Source: Bacteroidota bacterium
GTDB taxonomy: Bacteria; Bacteroidota; Ignavibacteria; Kapaibacteriales; UBA2268
DNA length: 64,000 bases
Assembly: GCA_021824625.1 (NCBI GenBank)
Contig: JAKAKE010000181.1
Span: 5,209 to 69,208, forward strand
Direction of reading: 5' to 3'
Shown here one piece after another: positions 19,899 through 29,300 of this stretch (its first letter is position 1; each line of letters opens with the position of its first letter). Below the pieces are notes generated by a model that did not search any database, had not been told where the DNA came from, and saw nothing but the letters and a program-made list of their open reading frames with translations. The translations under genes were made by a program, and so were the position numbers.

Positions 19899-22550
19899 AT
19901 GTTTAAATTTCTAAAAATATTGTTTACACCCAGGAGTAAGAGTAAACTTACTTTCAAAAAGAAGTTTCTGCACTTCCAGGGATTACTTGCCTCAAACGAC
20001 GAGGCTCATAGAAATATGAGTGAAATGGCTGAGATGCTCACTTCCGGTAAAATCTTTTCAAAAGCTTATGCAAATAAAATTTATAGAAATCTAATTGCCT
20101 CTGCTTATGATATAGCAAGGCATCTTGTTATTTTGAGCAGTGGTAAATACCAGCAATTAATTTCAAGGACTGAGGAATTAGAAGAAAAATGCAAACAAAT
20201 TCTATCACCGAGAATTCTGTGCCCCGAAGGTTGGGACTGTCCTGATTATAATTGCCAGGTTTGTGATAAGGTTAAAAAGATTGATGAGAATATTCCCTAC
20301 TATTACCCATTAAATCAAGTTGATGATGTTCTGTCTCTCGAAATTGGGACAAAGATGAGCCATCTCGGCGAGATAAGCAAAAAGCTGCAAATTCCCATAC
20401 CGGATGGATTCTGTCTTACTGTGCGATTGTTTGAAGACATCATGATAGACAGCGATTTGCGCGAAAGAAAAGACGAAATATTTCATGATATTGATTTTGA
20501 TGACATTAAACAAGTAAAAAAGGCTTGCCAGGAAGCACAGGAATTATTTATATCAACTCCGATTCCTGAGCATATTAAAAAGATTATTCTCGATGCTTAT
20601 AATGAATTTTTCGGATTAAATAATAACGTCCTGGTTTCGGTACGTTCCAGTGCCATTGGAGAAGATAGTGCAAATTATTCATTCGCAGGACTTCACTTAT
20701 CGGCTTTAAATGTTAGCAGAGAAAACCTTGTTGATGCCGTTTATGAAGTGTTGATATCGAAGTATTCTCCTCAATCAGTCGTTTACAGGTATATTTCGGG
20801 TTTAAGGGACGAAGATATGCCAATGAGTGTCGGATGCCTGAAAATGGTCAATGCTAATGCCGCTGGTGTTATTTTTACAACCGATCCGATTCACCAGAAA
20901 GATGTTCTAATAATCAATGCTGTCAAAGGACTTGGTACAGTAGCTGTATCCGGCAGAGTCTCTCCGCAGGTATTCATACTTGACAAAAATAATAATTTCA
21001 ACTTAATCGGCTTTTCTCCGGGAATGCAGGACTACAAAGAAAGCCCAAAGTCCACTGATGGTTTGGAAAAAGTTAAATTAGATGATAAGTCGGTAATTCC
21101 CTGCCTGAACGAAATTCAGTTGAAGGAGCTGGCTGATTATGCCACATTGATTGAACAACATTATGGCTCCCCTCAGGATATTGAATGGGTAATTGATGAA
21201 AATAACAAAATTTTGATTTTGCAGGCAAGACAGCTACAATCAAAAAGGAGAAAAGATGATATTATCATAGATAAAGGAAAATTAACCCATCTGGACAAAA
21301 CCTACAAAATATTGCTTAATCATGGGGATTGTGCTAGCACAGGTATAGCCACAGGCAAGGTTTTTAGTGTGAACAATATTAAGGATATTAATGACTTTCC
21401 CAAAGGAAGTATAGTTGTTTCCAAAAAGAATCTACCTGAATTTACAAGTCTCATACACAAAGCTTCGGGATTTATTACTGATGTCGGAAGCACAACCGGA
21501 CATCTTTCAATCATTGCAAGGGAGCAGAATATACCGGTTATCACCAATACAATCAATGGGACCGAGATACTGAAAAATGGTATGGTAATAACTTTGTTTG
21601 CCGATGCAAGCAAGGTTTATGAGGGGAAAGTTGATGAGCTTATTGAAGTATCCGATAAAATCAAAGAAAGCGATAATCTGTTTTTAAAAAGCCCTCTCTA
21701 CAGGCTCTGGCACGGGGTTTCTAAATTTGTTTTCAAATTGAATCTTACAAATCCAAATTCTGCAAAATTTTCTCCGGAATATTGTTTGACTTATCATGAT
21801 ATAATCAGGTTCGCTCACGAAGTTTCCATGAAGGAGATGTTTGCATTTTATGAAACTGCAAGAGTGGATAGCGGCAAAACATACAAGTTGAAATTTGAAG
21901 TTCCGTTGAATATATATGTAATTGACTTAGGTGGCGGCATTAAATCCGATTTAACAGCTAATTCAATTTGTGTTGATGAGATAAAATCCAAACCTTTCCT
22001 GTCTTTGATTAAAGGTATGACAACACAGGGTATTGAATGGGGAGGGCCACTGTCAATTGATGCAAAAGGGTTTTTAAATATCATGATGACAAACCTATCT
22101 GACCCTCACAAAGCTGAAAGAGACATAGGCTCCAGAAGCTATGCACTGATATCTGACAATTATTTGAATTTCTTTTCACGCCTGGGCTATCATTTTTCTC
22201 GTCTTGACGCTCTGGCAAGTAATGAAGTCAATAATAACTATATTAATTTTCATTTTCGCGGGGGAGCAGCAGACCAGGTCAGAAAAGAACGGAGAGCAAA
22301 AGCTATCACCAGAATATTAGAATCTCTACATTTCACTGTGATTCACAGAGGAGATACAGTTATAAGTAATATCAGAAAAATACATGTGGAAGATATTCAC
22401 ACAATGTTGGAAGTTATTGGGCGGCTTATGGGTGCTGTCAGAAATACCGATGTAACAATGCTGACTGACAATCATGTTGATGTATTTGTTAATGCATTTC
22501 TCAACGGAGACCCGGCGCCTGTAAAAAGATTTTATACTTTGGAAAATTGA
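19899..22550 (+). CDS. Second PEP-synthase-like protein (paralog of 15546..18104)
   Basis: IGTKMSHLGEI, VRSSAIGED...SFAG, PQDIEW, GSTTGHLSIIARE, HDIIRFAHE, RLGYHFS, FRGGAA. Confidence 0.9.
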   Translation: MFKFLKILFTPRSKSKLTFKKKFLHFQGLLASNDEAHRNMSEMAEMLTSGKIFSKAYANKIYRNLIASAYDIARHLVILSSGKYQQLISRTEELEEKCKQILSPRILCPEGWDCPDYNCQVCDKVKKIDENIPYYYPLNQVDDVLSLEIGTKMSHLGEISKKLQIPIPDGFCLTVRLFEDIMIDSDLRERKDEIFHDIDFDDIKQVKKACQEAQELFISTPIPEHIKKIILDAYNEFFGLNNNVLVSVRSSAIGEDSANYSFAGLHLSALNVSRENLVDAVYEVLISKYSPQSVVYRYISGLRDEDMPMSVGCLKMVNANAAGVIFTTDPIHQKDVLIINAVKGLGTVAVSGRVSPQVFILDKNNNFNLIGFSPGMQDYKESPKSTDGLEKVKLDDKSVIPCLNEIQLKELADYATLIEQHYGSPQDIEWVIDENNKILILQARQLQSKRRKDDIIIDKGKLTHLDKTYKILLNHGDCASTGIATGKVFSVNNIKDINDFPKGSIVVSKKNLPEFTSLIHKASGFITDVGSTTGHLSIIAREQNIPVITNTINGTEILKNGMVITLFADASKVYEGKVDELIEVSDKIKESDNLFLKSPLYRLWHGVSKFVFKLNLTNPNSAKFSPEYCLTYHDIIRFAHEVSMKEMFAFYETARVDSGKTYKLKFEVPLNIYVIDLGGGIKSDLTANSICVDEIKSKPFLSLIKGMTTQGIEWGGPLSIDAKGFLNIMMTNLSDPHKAERDIGSRSYALISDNYLNFFSRLGYHFSRLDALASNEVNNNYINFHFRGGAADQVRKERRAKAITRILESLHFTVIHRGDTVISNIRKIHVEDIHTMLEVIGRLMGAVRNTDVTMLTDNHVDVFVNAFLNGDPAPVKRFYTLEN

Positions 22551-22752
22551 ATAATTTATGAATTGCTGTGAGCTGGCTAAATCTTTTATTATTACTTGTT
22601 GATTAGAGTTATTGGCAGTATGATTTCTTATTATCAAAAAGCCTGAAATTTAAAATTCTTTTAATATTATATTATACCCTTTAATTTTACTTTTTTTCAA
22701 TTTCTTTTATTCGTAAATTTCAATTGATTTTTAGTATCTACTTATTTTAATT

Positions 22753-23751
22753 ATGTCAGGTAAAAGTTTCAAAGCACTCGTTGTTGATGAAGTTCGGGAA
22801 AATGTTTTTCAAAGAAGAATTATTGAAAGAAATGTAGATGAACTTCCGCCGGGGGAGGTGCTTATCAGGGTGGAATATTCTGCTTTGAATTATAAGGATG
22901 CTCTCTCTGCAAAAGGCCATAAAGGCATAACAAGAAAGTATCCACATACTCCAGGAGTTGATGCATCGGGTGTGGTTGAAGCAAGTACGTCCGATCTATT
23001 TCTTGTTGGTGAAAAAGTTTTTGTAACAGGTTATGACCTTGGGATGAATACATCGGGAGGTTTTGGTCAATATATCAGGGTTCCTGCTGGATGGGTTATT
23101 AAGATTCCCCCCGATTTTTCATTAAGAGAAATTATGATTTATGGTACTGCAGGGTTTACTTCCGGGATAGCTATATACGAAATGCAGAGGAATGAAATTA
23201 CTCCCGATAAAGGAAAAATTCTGGTAACGGGTGCTGCTGGAGGAGTTGGCTGTCTTGCAACAGCAATGCTTACTAAAGCAGGTTATTATGTTGTAGCCTC
23301 TACCGGAAAACTCCAAAAAAAAGATTTCCTTATGAATTTAGGAGCTAAGGAAGTAATAAGCAGGGAAGATTTGATTGATACAAGCGGCAAGCCTTTGCTT
23401 CCAAAGAAATGGGCTGGAGCAATTGAAAATGTTGGGGGAAATACATTATCAACAGTAATAAAATCCATCGGGAATAGGGGGGTTGTTACAAGTATAGGTT
23501 TAGTTCAATCGGATAAGCTCGAGACAACTGTTTATCCTTTCATTTTGAGAGGTGTGAGACTTATTGGAGTTGACTCTGCCGAAAGCCCGATGGACTACAG
23601 ATTGAAAATTTGGAATAAGATTTTTACTGAGTGGAGGCTGGATGAACCAGAACAATTAGTAAAGGAATGTTCCTTAATTGAATTGGATAAAGAAATTGAG
23701 TTAATTTTGAAAGGCGGGCAAACGGGTAGAGTAGTAGTAAATATGAAGTGA
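22753..23751 (+). CDS. YhdH/AcuI family NADPH oxidoreductase (acryloyl-CoA reductase-like)
   Basis: YSALNYKDAL, PGVDASG, GTAGFT, VTGAAGGVG, PFILRGVRLIGVDS. Confidence 0.92.
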   Translation: MSGKSFKALVVDEVRENVFQRRIIERNVDELPPGEVLIRVEYSALNYKDALSAKGHKGITRKYPHTPGVDASGVVEASTSDLFLVGEKVFVTGYDLGMNTSGGFGQYIRVPAGWVIKIPPDFSLREIMIYGTAGFTSGIAIYEMQRNEITPDKGKILVTGAAGGVGCLATAMLTKAGYYVVASTGKLQKKDFLMNLGAKEVISREDLIDTSGKPLLPKKWAGAIENVGGNTLSTVIKSIGNRGVVTSIGLVQSDKLETTVYPFILRGVRLIGVDSAESPMDYRLKIWNKIFTEWRLDEPEQLVKECSLIELDKEIELILKGGQTGRVVVNMK

Positions 23752-23831
23752 TAGTATTGATTTGAAAATATAGAATGCAAAATGTAAAATGTACTTAATT
23801 TATTAATTTTTAAAAACAGAGGAGAAAAATT

Positions 23832-24386
23832 ATGAAAACTGCATTGTTCTTTTCTGTAGTTCTAACCTTTCTTTTTTTGTTAACTGATATTTTACAATGT
23901 CAAGAGAAAGGAGTAACTAAAATAAGTATTAAAATAACAAGCACAGCATTTATCGAAGGGGGTTTATTACCTAAAATCTATACTTGTGAAGGGAAAAATA
24001 TATCTCCACCCCTTGCCTGGAGTAATTTGCCTGAAGGAACAAAAAGCATAGCTCTCATCAATGATGACCCTGATGCTCCGATGGGAACATGGGTACACTG
24101 GGTTATTTATAATATACCTCCAACTGAAACAGGATTAAAGGAAGAAATTCCATCAGAAAATATTTTACCAAACGGAGCCAAGCAGGGTATTACAGATTTC
24201 AGAAGAGTGGGGTATGGGGGACCCTGCCCTCCCAGCGGCACACACAGGTATTTTTTCAAGCTCTATGCTCTTGATAAAATTCTTGAATTGGAACCGGGAG
24301 TCAGCAAAGGACAACTCCTGACAGCAATGGAAGGTCACATCTTGGGAACTGGGCAGTTGGTAGGAAAATACAAAAAGGCACTTTAG
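23832..24386 (+). CDS. YbhB/YbcL family (PEBP/RKIP-like) protein with signal peptide
   Basis: SPPLAW, DDPDAPMGTWVHWV, GYGGPCPPSGTHRYFFKLYALD. Confidence 0.95.
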   Translation: MKTALFFSVVLTFLFLLTDILQCQEKGVTKISIKITSTAFIEGGLLPKIYTCEGKNISPPLAWSNLPEGTKSIALINDDPDAPMGTWVHWVIYNIPPTETGLKEEIPSENILPNGAKQGITDFRRVGYGGPCPPSGTHRYFFKLYALDKILELEPGVSKGQLLTAMEGHILGTGQLVGKYKKAL

Positions 24387-24415
24387 GATTTGTAGGATTC
24401 GAGGATTGCAGGATT
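24383..24415 (+). repeat. Solo copy of the GxxExxY-flanking 9-mer repeat
   Basis: ttaggatttgtaggatt (17-nt exact match to the 32415 repeat) then cgaggattgcaggatt; overlaps the YbhB stop. Confidence 0.75.
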
Positions 24416-24535
24416 ACAATCATATTGAATTGTTAGAATTAGACTATTGGGTCTGCATATATACTAAAATATGATTAAAATTTTATAATTTTATATAATT
24501 AAATAGAAATCATTTAATAAAACATAAAGGGTATT

Positions 24536-24880
24536 ATGATAGAAGCACCAAAAAATCCTGCTGGTATCGTTGTTCGATGGCTTGCAAGGGCATTAAGTGT
24601 ACTGATAATTCTTATTTTCGCCATGTTTGCTTTAGGCGAAGGTTTTGGAGTGGGTCCTGTAGAAACAAACGAAATAATATTATTTATTATATTATTACTT
24701 TCATTAGCCGGTATTGTTTATTCATTCTTCAATGAGAAATTAGGAGGCTTGGGAACATTAGCCTTTGGTATAATTTTTTTAATTGTTGACCGGCATTTCA
24801 ACTTTTATTACTTGTTTATTCCTTTTACAGGTATTTTGTTTTTGGTTTCCTGGCTGTTGTCAAAAGAAAAGAAGAATTAA
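24536..24880 (+). CDS. Small 4-TM hypothetical membrane protein
   Basis: Four hydrophobic segments; RWLAR...EKLGG motif. Confidence 0.8.
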   Translation: MIEAPKNPAGIVVRWLARALSVLIILIFAMFALGEGFGVGPVETNEIILFIILLLSLAGIVYSFFNEKLGGLGTLAFGIIFLIVDRHFNFYYLFIPFTGILFLVSWLLSKEKKN

Positions 24881-24898
24881 GCTATTTTTCAATAAAAA

Positions 24899-25265
24899 AT
24901 GATACAGGGCAGGACAATCCTGATTTGCAAATAATGAGATGGTTTGCCAGAATGCCGGCAATAATATTATCTCTTTTTTCTGTGATATTGATGAGCAGTT
25001 TTGTTGACCATTTATCACAAACAAAAGATAGCGATGGTTACTTGCTCATAATAATTACATTAATTTTGTTAGTGATTTGTTTTTCGATGTCTTTTTTTCA
25101 ATCAGAAATTGGGCAGTTCTTTGAGTTTTTTTTTCAATCATTATAATTGTTTTTAACAATCCTTTTTGGATTTTAATTATCTATCATGCAATCAGTATTC
25201 TTATTCTTGTTGTATGGGTATTTTCACAAGAAAATAATTGGCATAATGAATTCGCATTAGACTAA
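24899..25265 (+). pseudogene. Frameshifted paralog of the upstream 4-TM protein
   Basis: Correcting three homopolymer indels gives MIQGQDNPDLQIMRWFAR...SFFNQKLG...ISILILVVWVFSQENN, colinear with MIEAPKNPAGIVVRWLAR...SFFNEKLG...TGILFLVSWLLSKEKKN. Confidence 0.75.
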
Positions 25266-25314
25266 GTAATAGAAAATTAAAATTATATTGAGTCTGATTG
25301 TAAATTATACATTA

Positions 25315-25384
25315 TGTAAGTCTGAGCTTAGTCGAAGACTGATTAGAACAAGGTTGTCATACTTTGACTCCGCTCATTATGACA
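25315..25384. repeat. Degenerate inverted REP doublet (gtca.gctgagc..gtcgaag family)
   Basis: tgtaagtctgagcttagtcgaagac ... gtcatactttgactccgctcattatgaca; related to 4582-4605. Confidence 0.65.
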
Positions 25385-25489
25385 GATTTTCAATTAGACC
25401 TTATATAAAATAAATATATTTAATAAATTAAACGGCATCCATTCCGTCTATAATTTATATATTTTTAATTTTTCAGAAAGGACAAAGTT

Positions 25490-25594
25490 ATGGGAAAAGA
25501 TAAGAATGTAAAAAAGGAAGCAAAAAAGAAACCTGCAAAATCATTAATAGAAAAAAGAAAAGAAAAAAAGGAAAAAAAACTAAATAAAAAATAA
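25490..25594 (+). CDS. 34-aa lysine-rich small protein
   Basis: RBS aaagga; MGKDKNVKKEAKKKPAKSLIEKRKEKKEKKLNKK*; below the ORF-track cutoff. Confidence 0.75.
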   Translation: MGKDKNVKKEAKKKPAKSLIEKRKEKKEKKLNKK

Positions 25595-26384
25595 GTCATT
25601 CTTAATATTTATAGATGTGTTAAATTTTATATTTGAGATGAGCTTAGTTTGTATTAGTTTCTGATATTGAACTTCTTGACCAATACAATGTTTACCATTG
25701 AGTAAGCATGAGTCGTTTCAGAAGAGGATAAAGGTTCTAAAACATTTACTCTAATAAGTTATACAAAATTATTATTTGTTTTTGTCTGCTTATTAGGGTC
25801 CAAGTTAATTCAATACTATTAACTGAAGTTTACTTTAAGTCATTGATTTTAGATAAACTTCTATCTCAGTAAGGAGTTGCTTAAGTAAGTCAATTATAGA
25901 CTATAAAATGATGATGATTTCACGATATCTGCTATAACACCTTCAATTCCATCCATTTTTGCTATAACCTCTTAATTGTTGAATAGTATTGGTAAATTGC
26001 AATAAAAAATTTTTTTTTTCCTGATTTCGTTTTTTAATAAATTTATAAAGGGATTTTGTTTTGTTTCTTTTGTTATTTTTAAAACATAAGAAGCAACAAA
26101 ATCACGGAATTCTGGAATCATATACAAAGTTGCTTGAATTATTCTGATTTCTAATGATGCCGTTCTGAATGAAGTGAAGATTGACAAAAGGTAAAATCGG
26201 TATTTTTGGAACAATCCAGTATAACGGATGGTTTATAATTATTCTTTTTCTTGATGTTTGATTTTTTTAATTCTATGCATAATGGAGAAAATGAATTGAT
26301 TATTGAAAATTAATTCAGAATCATGATTTTTAAGTCAGTAATGCATTTTGAAAATTATTAATATATTATAAATCGGGGTAAAGT

Positions 26385-29300
26385 ATGAAGAAGATATTTG
26401 TTTTCGTGGGTTGCATTTTAACTGCTATTATTTTTATTAGCTGTGGTTTAAGAAATGCAGTCGAGGTAGTTAGTTTCAATCCTTCAGGAAGCGTCGGAAC
26501 TTTAACAACATTCACAATTGAATTTTCAAAAGAACTTGCACCTGTTGATACGCAGGATAAATGGCTAACAGAGGAGTTTGTTAAGTTTGAACCAAAAATT
26601 CCCGGAAAATTCAAATGGACTTCTGCCAGCACACTTATTTTTTCACCCGATGTTCAACTCGAGCCAATACAAGAGTACTCAGCTGAAATTACCAAAAAGG
26701 TATTATTCGATAAAGACCTGAGTCTGGATGCTGAAACTATTGAATTTAAGACTCATGATTTTGATATAACAAAAGTTGATTTGTTCTGGACACACATACC
26801 TAATCAATACTACAAAGTGAGTGTACAGGCTAATCTTCATTTTAACTACCCTGTGAATCCGGATATGCTGAAACAGAATTTGCTCGTCGAGCATGACGGG
26901 AAACCGGTTACTAATTATCAAATTGTAACCAAGGAAAAATCGGATTTAATTGCAGTGAATTTCGGTGAAATTCAGCAGACTGATAAAGAACAGGTGTTCA
27001 AAATAACTGTGAAAAAAGGATTAATGAGTGTATTCGGTAAAAGTGGACTTTATGATGACAGAACTTTCAGTAATAAACTTGAACCAATTACTAAACTTGC
27101 AATAACAGGTGTAGCTTCTGGATTTGATGGGGCTACCGGGTGGATAGAAGTTTCTACGACACAGATGGTGGATGAAAAAAGATTGAAAGAATATGTTAAA
27201 ACGGAACCCTGGAAAGATTTATCATTCTTTGTGAGTGACAATTCATTCAGAATTGAAGCAAATCTTGAGAATGTGCAGGATGTAATGCTGAAAATCAGGA
27301 AAGGTTTGCCCGGGCTTTATGGCGGTGAATTGGAATTTGACTTTGAACAACAGGTTTCATTTGTAAATCTTGAACCTTCAATTAATTTTGCCGATAAAAA
27401 GGGAAAATACCTGATGCTTGGCGGCAATAAAAATTTGCAGGTGAATTTTGTTAATATTGATGAAGCTGATATTGAAGTTTCACAAGTATTTAAAAATAAT
27501 CTGCTATGGTTCCTCAATCAGAATTCTTATGATTATTATGATTACGAAGAAGATTATGGTTATAACTCAGATATATGGACCGGAGATTATGGAAAGACTT
27601 TATATGAAGAAAAAATTAATTTATTAAATAACAAAAACTGGCTTGAAAAAAAATATATCAATCTGAATAGAATTACCGGTCAAAAGTACAAAGGAATTTA
27701 TGTTGTTAATGTCAGGTCTTCTCAGGACAGGTGGATAGCAGACGCAAAAATGATTGCTATAACCGACCTTGGTATTATTTCTAAAAAATCCGGCAATGAA
27801 ATAATAGTTTTTGTAAACTCAATTGCAAAAGCCGAACCAGTCGAGGGAGTTGAGATTAGTGTTATTTCATCAAACAACCAAACACTACTGAATGGAAAAA
27901 CCGATAAAGAAGGAACAATAAGATTTACAGATGTCAGAAAAAAAATTGAAGGATTCACTCCAAGATTGATTGTTGCGGAGACTGCAAATGATTTCAATTA
28001 TATTGACCTGAAGGAAACATTCATCGAAACTTCAAGATTTGATGTCGGAGGTGTATTTGAATTTCTCGAGGATGTGAATACATTTATCTACAGCGATAGA
28101 AATATTTATCGTCCCGGTGAAAATGTTTTCCTATCGGCAATTGTAAGAAATGATAAAATGGAAGTTTTGAAAGATATTCCTGTGTTTTTGAAAATCATTA
28201 CTCCCACCGGTAAAACATTTACAGAAATGAAAAAACTGTTGAACGATGAGGGAAGTTTTGAAGCATCGTTCAGAACACCTGAATATGTACAAACAGGTGA
28301 ATACAGGGCAGAGGTTTATACCGGCTCGAATCAATTAATTGGAACATACAAATTCAGCGTCGAGGATTTTGTTCCCGATAAAATAAGGCTGATGCTAAAA
28401 TCCGATAAGGATTTTGCGTTCCCGGGAGACCAAATAGGAGTTAGTATTGATGCTGAATTTTTATTTGGAGCAAAAGCATCTGGTCTGAAATATGAATCTC
28501 ATATTAATCTCCGTCACAGGCCCTTTGTCAGCAAGAGATTTTCTGAATATGATTTTAATAATTCATCAAGAACTAATCCAATATATGAAGAAGTAAATAT
28601 GGATGGATTTTTGGATGGAAATGGAAAAGGAAGAGTTGATTATGTTGTGCCGCATGATATTAAGGGTAGCGGAATTGTAACCTGCTATACTTATGTTAAT
28701 GTATTCGACCTGACGGGTAGAACAGTAAATAGAGCGGCAACTACCGACATTTACCCGAAGGATTATTTTATTGGATTCAAGTCTTCGGGATATTATTTCG
28801 GAACAAATGACAGATTGAATTTTAAGACTGCCGCTGTTGACCACAGCGATAAACCCATTAAAGGATTTAATGCGGCAGTAAAGCTTGTCCGCTTTGATTG
28901 GCAGACTATCCTCAAGAAAGATAATAACGACAGGTATTTTTATGCTTCCGAAGAAAAAGAAATTGTTGAATGGCAGAAGAATATGAGTTTAAACGGTGGG
29001 ACTAAGGACATATCTTTCACTGTGTCTAAATCCGGAAGATATGAATTACGAATATCGAAAGAAGGTGAGGATGAATATCAAAAGAAATCATTCTATGCTT
29101 ATGGATGGGTTAACACAACAGCATCATCATTTCAGGTTGATAAGGAAGGAAGAGTTGATATTGTTTTCGATAAATCTCAATATGAACCCGGCAATAAAGC
29201 AAAAATTCTATTTAATTGCCCGTTTGCAGGGAAGCTGCTTGTCAGTTTCGAAAGAAATGGTGTTTATGATTATCAATATATTGAAATGGAGAGCAAATCC

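Noticed and set aside
25600..26380. 80-aa ORF 25972..26214 and possible decayed gene in the long spacer
   Set aside because: No RBS or recognisable motif; fragments are too short to support a call.
12753..26384. tRNA-Pro-anchored integrative element
   Set aside because: No integrase and no duplicated tRNA 3' end (att) was seen; lateral origin of the module remains an inference.
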